64,000 nt of DNA from Rhizodiscina lignyota (lineage: Eukaryota). Positions 45,900-58,600 of this stretch are shown here, piece by piece (the first letter of the stretch is position 1; the number at the start of each line of letters is the position of its first letter). A program made the translations under genes and the position numbers. The notes under the pieces were generated by a model, which searched no databases, was not told where the DNA came from, and saw only the letters and a program-made list of their open reading frames with translations. Where the stretch lies: positions 310,001 through 374,000 of the forward strand of contig ML978138.1 of assembly GCA_010015805.1 (NCBI GenBank), given 5' to 3'.

Positions 45900-48800
45900 A
45901 TGAGGATTCGTGTTACCGTTCACCGCCATGGCCTGGCAAAGGTCAAATTACTTTTCCCAATCCCCGAAGACGAGCGACACGACGTTGCAACCATTTCCCA
46001 GCTTCTGAAGAAAATCAACGAGACCATTCCACTCGAGTCAGAAAACTGGGGACTGGAAGACTACGTCGTGCTAGTTGGAGAGTTCGAGTGCCAGCACTTT
46101 GCCAAGATCGAAGAGGTTCTCAACCATGATGATGCAGTCCGGTGTGTTCACTCGCTTCACTCTCTTCACAACATTCACTGCGTCACCGCCCACTCCCAAA
46201 CACATAGCACTGCTTCGGTGGATTGTGTTTTTTGGCAACTGTGACCAAGATCTAACATACAAATAGCATTCGCCCTCTCACAACAACTGAGGTACGCGCT
46301 CGAACGCGCTCTGGTCGCCATCAAGTCAACTCCAGCGGTGTCCACCTGATCGATGGCGTACCTTACGGAAGAGCATATCAGAATCGCATTGATCGCCCTG
46401 CCGTCAACATTCCTACTGCAAATCAAGGCGTTCGAACCCTCGAAGCTCCCCGCGGTGCCCAGGAACTGGCCGAAGATGAAGTCATAGGAGACCTAGGACA
46501 ACTCCTTACAAGTAGAGCCCATCGTGATACGGAGCTAGATGAAGATGATGACGATGAAAATGACGATGAAGATTTCAGTCTGGACATGGATGACGATGAG
46601 GATGAGGATGAGGAAGATAGCGAGGCTGATGAAGACTTTGATGTCGACATGAACACTGAGGAGAATGACCTAGGCAAGCTACAGTCGGCCCCGTCTGAGA
46701 GCAGTGACACAAGCGAGAAGAAGCGAAAGAAGACCATCCGCTTCAACAAAATTGTCGATGTCGGACCACACGAACAGCAGAGGCTTACCGGTTCATCGGA
46801 TGAGGATGATGAGAGCGATAGCGATGAAGAGTCCTCATCGAGCGACGAGTCTTCCTCTGAGGAAGACAGCTCCAGCGAAGTCTCTTCAGAACCCTCTGTA
46901 GAGTCCAGCAACGATCAGCGATCCAAGAAGCAGAAGCTCGAGCATGGACAAAAGTTCGTCAAATCTTCCAACCTTTCCAAGCGCAATGCCTCCGATACAC
47001 CACCACTGTCGACATCTGAGGAAATGGATGCTGGAGAGCAACCAAAGAAGGCGACGAAGCCACTGGTGCCTTGGCGTGAAGGTTCGAGTACTACGCAAGG
47101 TCGCAACAGGCGTAGAAGGTATCTGAACCAGATCAAGAGTCTCCAGGCTATTGGACACCTGCCTCCTGGAGCCACCAAAATGGACCTAGACAATTACCTC
47201 TCTGAGCGCGCCTCGGGGAACTTCCAAAGGCGATTCCTCCATGATGAGCGTGACGAAAATGTCAACGAGGCTCTTTCTGATGCGGACTTGCACGGTCGCG
47301 AAGCTGCCGATCAGCTTATGAAGGATGCGTTCGCTTCTGCTGCATCAAACAGAGCTGGCGAGCCAGAGGCTACGATCGCCTCTGTTGAACCAAATGAAGC
47401 TGAAGAACCAGATACTACGAGAACTGAAGGCAATGGCGATTCCGAACTTGTCGACAAGCCTACAGACAATGACTCTGTTGACGCGATACTTGCTGCTGTG
47501 GAGAACGAATTGCTCGCAGGGGTGGCGGCAGTCACGAATAAGCGACCAAAAAGCCCAGACTCCTCTCCCAAGCAACCGGAGAAACGCGCACGTCTCGACG
47601 TCGCCGCATCTCAACGGATCGTTTTTGGCTCCCTTGGGATGAAGGCTCCAAAAACGAAGGAGGAAGAAGAGAAAGTCAGGGCAAAGCTCGCCAGGATAGG
47701 TCAGCTGAAGGGAACTAACTCTTGCTCTTCAAGTTCTTCTACACTTACCTCAGGGCAAGGCGACTCGGCTACCTCTACGACGCTGGATCATGAGGACGCT
47801 GACATGATCGGCTACTCACAGGATGAGTGGAAAGCGAAAGTGCGTCTTTCCGCAATTGAATGCGTCAATCCAAATTTACTACTCTCGCAGCCTCCGTTTC
47901 CGTTCCACCAATCCTGGGATAAAAAGCAGAAGAAGCAGAAGAAGCATGGGAGGAAGTATTATGGTCAACATCTGCCCAGTGAAGGCGTGTTCTACAATGG
48001 CGGAGCAAACACCAATGAAGACTACTACGAAGAAGACTACGAAGATGATGATGAAAACTACGACGAGAACCACGATGAGAATCATGACAAGGGCGACCAC
48101 GAGGAGGCCCCAAAGAAAGGTCCTGTCCGCCTTATCTTCGACGAGTCTGGAGAGCCAGTGCGCACAGAAGAGATCGCCCCGACAGGCATCTTCGCGGTAG
48201 ATCACACAAGGAGACAGAGACTAGGCAAGAAGAAAACATATGGCGGCAGCACGACGTCTGATGGCAGGTTCATTTGGAACCCAAATTTGACCCCTGTTAG
48301 TAACAGTTGTGCAGACGTGTTTCCTGAATTCAACTATGACGATAACCAGACTAGCAATGGCAGCGGCCCGACAGAGAATGGCAAGTTCATTAAAAATTCA
48401 AACCGGGTCCCGGTTAGTAACAGTCGCGCGGACTTGTTCCGCCAACTCAACGACAAAGAAGGCGACGAACCCCCTCCCAAGGACATGGAAGGCTTCCCGG
48501 CATTGCCGTCCGACCCATCCTCCATGCCTGCACTCCAGCCGGCCGATTGCAAGGAGGGCATGTACATCATCTTCACGCAGCTCGAGTGCAACGCAGACAC
48601 CAAATGGGAGCCCACCATCTCCCCACTGCGCTGCGCGAGGATCGACCGCGTCGATGAGGGCGAATCTTCCGTGCACCTTCTCCTCAAGCTCTCGCCGGAA
48701 TGCAGGAGGGATCCCGAGGCTCGCAAGAAGTACGAGGAGCGTCAAAACTGGAGTGGCAGAAGTCCCTACGACAAGTTTGGCACCACTGATGACGACGAGG

Positions 48801-48916
48801 ATGAGGAGTTGGAGAACGCTGGAGTCAAGGTGGTTGAGTTCGGCGAATTGACAAACGTGCGCATCCTGGGTGCCGTTGAGGAAGCAGCAGCAGAGGCGGC
48901 GGGTGCGGAGCAGTAG
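45900..48916 (+). CDS. Coilin-like nuclear protein (one intron, about 46142-46267)
   Basis: N-terminal MRIRVTVHRHGL..., acidic/Ser tracts, TQGRNRRRR, C-terminal Tudor-like GMYIIFTQLEC...WEPTISPLRCARI...VEFGELTNVRIL resembling the coilin C-terminus. Confidence 0.6.
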
Positions 48917-49901
48917 ATTGAACATTGCTTCTGAGTCATACATCGAGAGGAAGCAGTCAGTGAAAAGGAACTCGATATTGATGAAGACCGACACAAAAAC
49001 TTCGATAGGGTAAATCAAATTTACCTTTGCATTACTGATCCATCTATGCCTAATCGCCTGTGACGCTCACTCTACTCACTAAATTCATCAATTTCCCCAC
49101 GTCCTCGGCGTTTCATTGAGTAGATTCCGTGATTATGGGCACGTGCTCGAGTAAAAGTAGAGCTTCACTATATCACGACTGTAAGACTTAGTACACAAAC
49201 CTCTCCAAGCCCGTATGCGTGGTATTGAAGACCGATATTGGTGGAGCAACTTCGTCCAGGCGGAACATAGACCGACTATGCACTAGGCAAGTTCTAAAGG
49301 AGATCTGAATAAGAGCAAGCCCTTCTCATAAATTGATGGATTTCCCAAAGTTCGTGATGCTGTGACGAACAGCTCCAGAGCTAATTGAATACATGTTCAA
49401 AGTGTGGCCCCAGCTGAGATATTCTAAATAAGATTTAGATAAATGAGCCTCTACGAACCTACGCGCTTTAGGTTGAAGGGTAATACCGCCAAGAACTTGA
49501 ACGCTCGCTTGAAATCCATCGTCTGTACTCGGTCTGACCTTTTGAGCAGTCTCTCTTCGAATACGCAGACGAGATTAAGCAGGCATACTTTCTGTTGAAT
49601 TCGTAGTCTCGTAGATTCCCCAAGTTCGTGAAGAATTCAAACTTAACATCGACTATACATACGATAACAGCAGAACAACTAGTCCACTGAAGGCGAGGCA
49701 GAGCTTCAGGACTTAGAAATTTGGCGGGCCGATGTTTTGATTCTGGAATTCTGATTGGTTGATTTCAAAGATCACGTAAAGAAAGTGATCGGGGCAACTT
49801 TACCCGAAATCCGTAAGTCTTGGCGCCGAATCTCGAATTTCTTTCGTTCAAACCTCGAATTCTCAGTCTTCACCAGTTGTGCATTCTCACACGCAAATCG
49901 C

Positions 49902-50567
49902 ATGGACGCATCCGCCTACCTCAAAAGCCACGGCTGGCGAGGCTCCGGCTATTCTCTCGATCACTCTGATCGAGGACTGAAGAAGCCCTTACTCGTCTCT
50001 CACAAAATCGATGTCTTGGGCGTGGGGAAGAAGAAGCATAACCACTCTGATCAATGGTGGATGCGCGCTTTTGATGAGACTTTGAAGGCGCTTGGTACGG
50101 GGCAAACGGTGCGGAGTGTTCTCATTGTCGCAAACTTTCATGATTTTATTTGCTCGAGTATTAGTTGGACATTATACTGACGAAAACTGTTGTAGACCAC
50201 TTTAGACTCCATCCGCAAGAATGGGATGAATAGAGGAAGCCTTTATGGGTTCTTCGTTAGAGGCGAAGCGTTACAGGGAACATTCAGCGATTCTCCTTCA
50301 CCACTGGAGAATACCTCTCGTGAGAGTTCTGTCGGGATCAAACTTGCAAATGATACGCCGGTCGTTGCTTCGTGCATTGAAGACAAAAGGAAAAGAAAGG
50401 AAAAGAAAGAGCTGCGCAGCCGTCGCAGACAAAAGAAGTTGGAGATGAAGAGAAGACAATACATTGCGAGAGCTGAAAAGAAAGGCATGACACTTGAGGC
50501 GTATACCGAGAGACGCAAGGCCAAGAGAACGGAGCGCAGGACAGCGAGCACAGCAAAGCCTGTCTGA
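49902..50567 (+). CDS. TMA23: TMA23-like nucleolar protein with G-patch-like N-terminus, 2 exons
   Basis: MDASAYLKSHGWRG...GLKKPLLVSHK...GVG...DQWWMRAFDETLKAL, LYGFFVRGEALQGT, Lys-rich C-terminus; intron about 50109-50195. Confidence 0.75.
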
Positions 50568-50805
50568 TGCTATGACAGCGTCAATACAATCTCTCTCTGC
50601 GCCTGCCCTTTGGCACTGGGGTCTCCATATCGCAAGAATGGGCACGCGACCAAGAGCGAAGTGGGAAAGCACGATGAAGAGAAAGGCGAGCACGCTCGTC
50701 CAGAGCTCTCGCCTTTCCATTTCACTCGTCATCCAGTTACCACACAGCATCTAAACATCCTCACCGCACCATGCGAACCCGTTTGAATGGGCTGCTTCGG
50801 AACAT

Positions 50806-52159
50806 TTGAATACCGTACCGAGGACAATTGTCCCATGCCAACATCTCCTTTCTCGGCATATTCATCGTGGCCTTTCCCTTCGGCCTTCCCCTCCCATGGG
50901 AGATAACTGCAGGGGCCTTCTGGCGCACAGTCGAATTGCGTCGGCCTACCTCTCCTCCCCATCACCGACTCGAACGCAAAGTCGAATCCGGTCGGCCCGC
51001 GTCGACGCCTCACCGACTCGAACTGTGACTTACTCGATACGATCATACTCGCTGGGCTCATTGGAGGCGGCTATTGTCGAAGGAGAATCAGGGCAATCAA
51101 TAGACCAATCGACAGAGCAGCGAACAGTGCGGCCGTCGGAGCCACAAACAGAGCAACTCACAGCGCGAAGGAGGAAGGCGAAGAAGCGGAACAAGAGGAT
51201 CGCAAGCTATGTCTTGTGGTCTCTTTCTATCCTTCTCCTGCTTTTTATGTTACTCCTCATCATCATCGGCTCAGTTATGCCACATGAACACCACAAATTG
51301 ACCTACAATTACATCGAAACGCTCACCAACGCGTTGCCACAAGTAGGCGTCACACTTGCGGTTGCTCTAATCGGCGAGGGACTCAGCTTTCCTATAACGC
51401 CATACCTGAATGTCCACAATCGCTGGGCTCTGTTCACCATCAAGTGGATGACCCCTCCCTTGGTCGCCCAGCTCATCACGCAAAGCATCAATCTTCAACG
51501 GGATAACCGCATCGCTGAACAGTACAAAGGGAGCCGCACCTGATACCTGCGCCGTCGCTACGGTCGTCGTTTATCACGGCAACTTGATGATCTGTGCGGC
51601 AATCTCCATGAGCTGGGCTCATGCACAATGGCCAGGTCTCGGCGCCGAAATTGGACTCAAACTTTCTTCCACGCTGTTTAGCACAATATTAGCCTTGTGT
51701 TCTGGCTGGACTTGGACAAATGGTCGGATTCTCGAGCGAGTTATCATCCACGTCAACACTAAAATTGACTTTGGACCTGCTACCCATCAGTCATATGATG
51801 CCGAAATTGTCAGTTGGGCTTTCGGAGCTGGCGGTTACGCGGTTGCTTGGCAGCTAGACGCTAGCGATATTGCGGTTATCCACTACAGTGTAATGTCGCT
51901 GAATGGTATTGTGAAGGATGCGATGGTGCAGTATCATCAAATGGTCGAGTTGATGCGTGGCGCTCTGAGCACGGACAATGATACCCTGGTAGGACAGGTT
52001 GTGGTTCCTGAGTATGCTGCTTGCGATGTATATGGCAATATCTTCATACCCGTTAGTTTGCTGTGGAAGACTACCGCTCTTCTTCTCTCTCACTGGGTCG
52101 TGTGGATTGGGCAACTGGGCTTTAATGTAGCTTTCCTTGAGGGAGGCCGAAACATTTAA
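50806..52159 (+). CDS. Hypothetical multi-TM protein, split into two frames near 51540 (frameshift or two genes)
   Basis: Adjacent hydrophobic ORFs 50806..51543 and 51584..52159 in different frames; no convincing intron seen; start uncertain. Confidence 0.4.
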
Positions 52160-53173
52160 TTCTCATAAACTCATCCCATCCGAAATCATCCCATAAATCC
52201 ACTGCGATTGCCGAATATTCAATACTTGGCAGCGTCTATCCTGCCACTTTCCGCTCGGTGCCCAACAGCCGACGCAATCGATCTGGTGCGACTCGTCTTT
52301 CCCCCGATCGGGTCTCCTTCATCGGTACCAAATGTGCTCTTAGACGTCTGCCGCTAGGGTAGGCGCGCGTATATTGGGACACGCCGTCGGATCTGGCCTG
52401 CACGATGTTCTGCATCACGAAAGGTCGTTCCGGGTTACACAAGGGCAGCTTATCCTCCTGTCAAATATTATCCGAACAACGTACGACATGCTCCCGAGAA
52501 TCCGGTAGCTCCGTAGCACTGCATGGCCACCTCCTTTCGACAAAGCGACATAGTGACGTCTCCGCGTGGTCGAGGGGGTACAATCGGCCTCATGGCACGG
52601 CTGTTCGCATTGACAGCTTCACGGCGGCGCGCAGTTGTAACACAGTCAGGCACTGAGGTGTTTGCACACTTGCTTGATAACCTCATGCCATCACCATTCG
52701 ATTCTTTCAGATCAAAATATTCGCATGGCATCAACGACGCAGGAGATGTCAGGCCTCCCCCCCGGCTGCCTAAAACCCCGGTAGGCAAGCGAAGTATATC
52801 AGCCCAGCACCTTCTTTGTGCAACCAGTAACGGCAAAAGGGAGCGTTCCTGTTGGCTGGAGCGTGCAAAGCCTTCTTGAATTAATGCGAGGATCGTGGGC
52901 AATTGACGGTGTGGGTTTGCTCTCTTATTCGAACCCTGGGAGAGATGGTTGAATAGGCGTCCATCTGATGGGGTACATATACACGAGGAGAGCCCAGCCG
53001 TAGTGCGAGTTTTCGATTCCATCCATCCTGTAGTATCATTATCTCGTATACGGCACAACGAAGAGCCTCATTTGCTGTCCAAGATAGCCCGATACCTCTT
53101 TTTCACAATCACCCTCTCTGACCAATTGCCACCTCCTCCGGACCTAAGTCCGTCTTCCCAAAGAAGGTTTAAA

Positions 53174-53335
53174 ATGTGCGACTGGCGCCGAGTCGTCTTC
53201 TCTTGTGGTCATGTTGACTACGAGAAAATCCGGTCCTGCCACGCGACCCGCTCTCCAGGTTATCGTCGTTGCGTCATTGTGTACAAGGATGACAATTGCG
53301 TCGAGATGGCTTGCAGTAAATGCAAACACTGTTGA
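53174..53335 (+). CDS. 53-aa Cys-rich putative zinc-binding microprotein
   Basis: AAAATG context; MCDWRRVVFSCGH...C...C...C...CSKC..C pattern. Confidence 0.55.
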   Translation: MCDWRRVVFSCGHVDYEKIRSCHATRSPGYRRCVIVYKDDNCVEMACSKCKHC

Positions 53336-53459
53336 GAGCGGCTAGTCTATGGGACTAGTCGCAAAATGATGGACGAATGTACTGTTTTTGTGAGTTCGTT
53401 CCCGATCACGATCGAAGATATGCCACTGACGGTACCCACGGCCAGTTGCTGGCTGGCGT

Positions 53460-54722
53460 TCAGGTTTCTTTTGGAAGCTTTCCCGGTTGTCCGCTCAGGA
53501 TCCATGGTCTACGACCCCAAAAATCATCTTTGATGATGTCGATATGCTCAACGGCAATCTTGGCTTTCGCTTTCGTCTTTCTGTCTTTCTCCGCGGCGGA
53601 CTTGGAGAGCTTCTGCGGAGCATCAGTACTGTCTGTATGCCCCTCATGAAATTGCGGATTGGGTTTTGGGGCCACCGAGGCTGAAGATTGATCAACCAGA
53701 GGATTAATTTCATACTACGTTTTGCATTAGACAGGAGCATTAGACACGGCGTTGGTTGCTGTTGTTACCTCTCTAAAGACGACACTTCCCTTCTTGAAAA
53801 TTTCGGGCTCGTTGTTGTAGTTGATACCAAAGCGGGAAAAGAGTATTTCATTCTTGTCAGACGACAGTGTGCCTTGGAGTTCTTTCTCCGCGTCTTTTGC
53901 GTCCATGCCGCCTTGCTGAATGAGCGTCCAGAACGTTGTATTGTAGAGATTATTAATATGGCCTGCGAGTATCACCAATTAGATTCAGAATGTCAATGGA
54001 AACCATCCATATAATCAGACTCACAGTCAACCTGTCTCCAACTCATGTAATCTCTCAGGTTGCGCACACTGGGATACACGACCGCTCTGCCATCGAAGCT
54101 GGGCAAAGGCGGCGAGAGGGGAGTCGACGGGAAATATGTTTGCCACAAATGAACGTAGTACGATGTAAAAGTAGAGACGATCGTTGTCGTGAGTTTGCTT
54201 GAACGTTGCAATTAGCCTCCTACCTCCTGCCATCTCAATGCCTGCATACTCAGGGTACACTCACCTCGCTCGTCGTTCGAACAGCACGCAGTCTTTATGA
54301 AATACGAAGCTAAAAGAGGTCAAAAGTCAATTATTGAAATTCCGATTCGTTAGAAGCCGCGACATGTCACCTTACCTGTACTCATCACTAACCCCATATC
54401 CCACTACCAAATCCGGCAGCTCTTTCATGACTCCTACCGCTGCGGCATTCATGAGGTCCAGCGCCCTTCGATCGTTCGGTTTTCCGAACTCATATTTCGC
54501 CGAGAGCCTAGATTTACAAAGTCAGCTCGTCTGATAGTGTTGCGGGAGGATACGAACTGACTTGTGGAATCCACGTCCGTCGATGCGGACAACGATCCAC
54601 GTGTTCGGCAGTAGGCAGTCTGGCTGCTCGAAAGCGCGCACATATTCGTATCTGTTGAACTTCTATTAGTGATCGGCTCTTGGTAGATATTCTTAAGAGT
54701 TACAGTACTTGGAATTTGCCAT
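53460..54722 (-). CDS. THG1: tRNA(His) guanylyltransferase, multi-exon
   Basis: [13 protein letters not shown]...[73 protein letters not shown]. Confidence 0.95.
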
Positions 54723-55696
54723 TCTCTCGGCGTCGGGTCGGAGATGTCACTTGGGAAGATGTCAAATTGTGAGCTTGAATGGTAGGCTCTTACACTTCGA
54801 CGTATCCTAAGCGAGGCTTGGAAAGTTTGGTTCTATGATCTTTGGAATTTATATACATAACAATAGCATACCGTTTAAATTTTGTACGCTTTGTTTATTT
54901 AGAGGTCATACATCATAATTGTTCAGTATCTTGACAGCTACGGCAAACGTTTTCGTCACCATTGAGGCTAGGTCCAGTCGCTTGACTCAACCCGAGAACC
55001 AGTCACGCAAGCACGAAATCAGCTCGAGGTATTTGCACATATTTTTAATTTACTAGTCTTTCGGATCTATTCCTTTATCCGTCCGCCAACGGCCGTATCA
55101 TGCCATCATCCCCAACGCATTCACCTTTTCGCGCACACCATTCCTTCCTCACCTCCCCATATCATGCCCGCGAACCAAGGCGAAGCTGCAGTTCGTTTTT
55201 CAATTTTGATGCCATCGAGGCCAAGAAGCAGAAACCCAGACGACCTGATGTTCTTCTGAAACAAAAAGGAAAAGAAAAGCCCAGTTTCGTCAATTTTGGC
55301 GGGCAACTCCGAGACGCCTCCATGTATGCAAAATGCTTCGAAGCCCCTCCCACAACGAACATTAACGCCACGCTCGAAAAAAATTCAAATGTCCCTTCGT
55401 GGAAACAAAAAAAGGGAACCAAAATCCCCCCCAGTCGCAGAAAATTCTATTTTCTTTTTGCTGGTCCTCATGCAGAGAAACTGTTGGTACAATTCTTGAT
55501 TGGAAAAGGCGTGAACGCGCTGCGCAATTTTCGACGGCGGCTGTGTTCTCGATCGCTTGGAAGGAGAGTTCTACAGCTGCCATGAGAACGCGAAAATTAG
55601 TAAGAAAAGCTCTTGTGTGTACCAAAGTAACATAATGTACAAGCGCTTACAGGTGATTCTTCTTCCATGCATGTGTTATGCGTAGTCGAGGAATCA

Positions 55697-58600
55697 TCAC
55701 TGCTGCGGTGATGACGGCGAGTATTTCGGGCTCGTCGGAGAGTAGTTTGGTGAGGTTGGAGAATATTTCGGCGAAGTGGACGTGTAACCAGCACCAGACG
55801 GAGACGATGGAGAGTAGACCGGCGAAGATGGCGAGTACGCCTGTGGAGCTGGGCTCGTCGGGCTGTACGTCGGCGACGTGGGACTGTACTTGGGAGACGT
55901 CGGAGAAGTCGGAGAACGTCGGTCGCTGCCAGCAGAGAATTGCGGGCTCGAAGGCGAGTAGACCGGGGACGTGGGACTGTATGTTGGCGACGTAGGGCTG
56001 TACTTGGTCGACCCTTGTGCCGGAGAAGTCGGGCTGTAGCTTGGCGATGCAGGTGAGTATGCTGGGGACGTTGGAGAGTAGTGCGGCGAACTTGGAGACC
56101 CCGAGGCTCCAAAGGTAGGCGAGCTGGGCGAATAAGTCGGAGAGGAAGGTGTGAAGCTCGGGCTGCCTTGGTAGGCAGGCGACTGAGGACTGAACGCTGG
56201 GCTTGTGAGGGCCATGCCTGGAGAGCTTGGCGAGTATGCAGGCGAAGCTGGAGAGAAGCCTGGAGAAGTGGGGCTGCCAGTATTGAAGGGGCTGGTTGGG
56301 TTGTAGGCAGGGCTAGTGCTGCCTGGGAACGGACTGAAACCGCCACTATCACCGAAGCCACCCGGACCGCCATAAGAAGTGAAGCCTCCAGCATCCGGAC
56401 CATGGGCTTGCGCCATCGGTGAGAATGATGCACCATAATCTGGACCACCAAAACCGCCTTCGTGAGAAGGAGATCCCATCTCGTAAGGCGTGGCGGCACC
56501 TGTGTCAGCATATTGAGCAGAAATGGGCGCAATTCCAGGAGCAAGGCCGAAGCGCGCATTGTCGGATGTCGCCGTGTCGAGCATGTTCTGATCCAAGAGG
56601 ACCTCCATCTCTCCGGTGCCCAGAGGTGCAAGCTGTCCAAGCATGACGTTCTCCGAAATACCGCGGCAGTCATCCAATTCGCCGGCGGCCGCTGCTTCGA
56701 GCAGAATCTCGACAGTCTCCTCGAAGGAGCAGCGCATCAGAGCACCAGTGTCTGCACGGTTAATCCCGTGACGGGTAATTGCCATGAGGTGACCACGAGA
56801 AGTCATGACGTCGACCAAAAGCTGCAAGTGGCGCTGGTTGACGTACGAACCGTCAAACGACAGCACCTGGTGCAACTCGCGCATGAGAGCCGCTCGAGTG
56901 GCCTCAATACCGAAAACGTTGAGAATCTCAATGAAGGAATTGCAGTAGGTACGGTGAGGATCAACGCCTTCAACTGTAAGCACCTCCTTCAAAGCGGTAC
57001 CGCTCGTATCCAGATACCACTCCTTGCAGAGTGGATCGCTCTTGCTCATGCTCAGCGAGCCATCTTCGACCTCACGGATCTTCTCCTTTGAGTTGATGAA
57101 AGCACGCGAAATGCCTGTAACACCCCTCAGTGTGATGCTATCAAGCATGTGCGTTTCGAGTCGCCTCAGCATCATGTCTTCGTCGAACGTCTCATCATCT
57201 CCGTCGTCACCCTTCATAGATTCCTGGTTCGTCATTCGCACACGAATGACTTGCTCATCGGCATTGTTGTCGCTGAAGATTACTGCCAGGTCCTGTCCGA
57301 ACTGCTCCTTAATCTTGCCAGCAACGTCGGAGACCGTCAAGCTCTTGTCCAATAGCCTACGGCGACTGAGGACAATACGCAGCATCCACTTGGACTGGCG
57401 ACCGGGGTCATCGGCTGTATCATCAGGGATGATGAAGTAGGACTCAACCATATCCTTGTCGGAATCGATGACGGTGTCTTGAATATCTGGATCGTAGTAG
57501 ATCTCCGTCATCTCAGTTACGGTGCGGAGAGTGGTATGCTCGACCATAGAGCGCAGCTTCTTCGCGTTCTCCTGTTCGCCAGCTCTATCCGGAGTTTGGT
57601 AGACGGTCATGGATGGCGTCTTAATGTTCGTGGCAACGTTGAGAATCTCCTTGAGACGTGGCACACCCAAAGTCACGTTCTTGGAGGACACACCAGCAAA
57701 ATGGAAGGTGTTCAAGGTCATCTGCGTGGCGGGCTCTCCAATGGATTGAGCTGCAAGGACACCAACCATCTCTCCTGGATTGACGATGGCTCGGTTGAAG
57801 CGGTTCTCGATATCACCAAGAACGTTCTCGAATGCGAGCTTGTTGAGAGAGTGCTCGACGACGACACGCTTGAAAGCCAAGCGAGACCGAAGCAGAATCT
57901 TGAAAAGCTTGGTCGCGGACTCCTGTGCCTCCTTTGCAATCTCAGAGTCGCCTCGGACGACGATGAGCCGTTCAAGCAGCTCCTTCACCTTGGGGATGAC
58001 GTCCGCAGGATGCAAGTCGCTACGAGAGCCCTCCTTAATGCGGAACTTGGTCCTCGCTGTCTCGATGATGCGCATAATGTTCAAAGGCAGGTAGACTTGC
58101 TCTTCAACATTTGTATTTCTCCACTCACGCATCCATTTGCGGTCAGCTTTGAGTTGCTCGTATTCCTCATCGAGGAAGTTCTGGACTGTAATGTCACCGT
58201 CGATCTCACCAGCTTGCTCGAGCAGCTCCGGTCCAATGGAGAATGCCGGATCCATGACGTCCATGCGGAACTTCTTATCGAAGGCCTTGTCCGAACAAAT
58301 CATGATGTCGATATTTTGCGACTCAATGTGCTGGCCGTCGAGACCATCCTCTCCATAAACGAACTGGACAACATCGCCAAGAGAGTTACGAACGGTACCA
58401 TCGTATTTGCACATGACATCTTCGAGCGCTTTCACAAGACGTCGCTGAATGTAACCAGTCTCCGCGGTCTTCACAGCAGTATCAATGAGACCTTCACGAC
58501 CAGCCATAGCGTGGAAGAAAAACTCGGATGGGGTCAACCCGCGGAGATACGAGTTTTCGACGAACCCACGAGACTCTGGCGAGTAGTCATCCTTGGTGAA

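Noticed and set aside
55100..55635. 161-aa plus-strand ORF and homopolymer-rich sequence between THG1 and RPB1
   Set aside because: Looks like RPB1 3-prime UTR or intergenic low-complexity sequence; no domain
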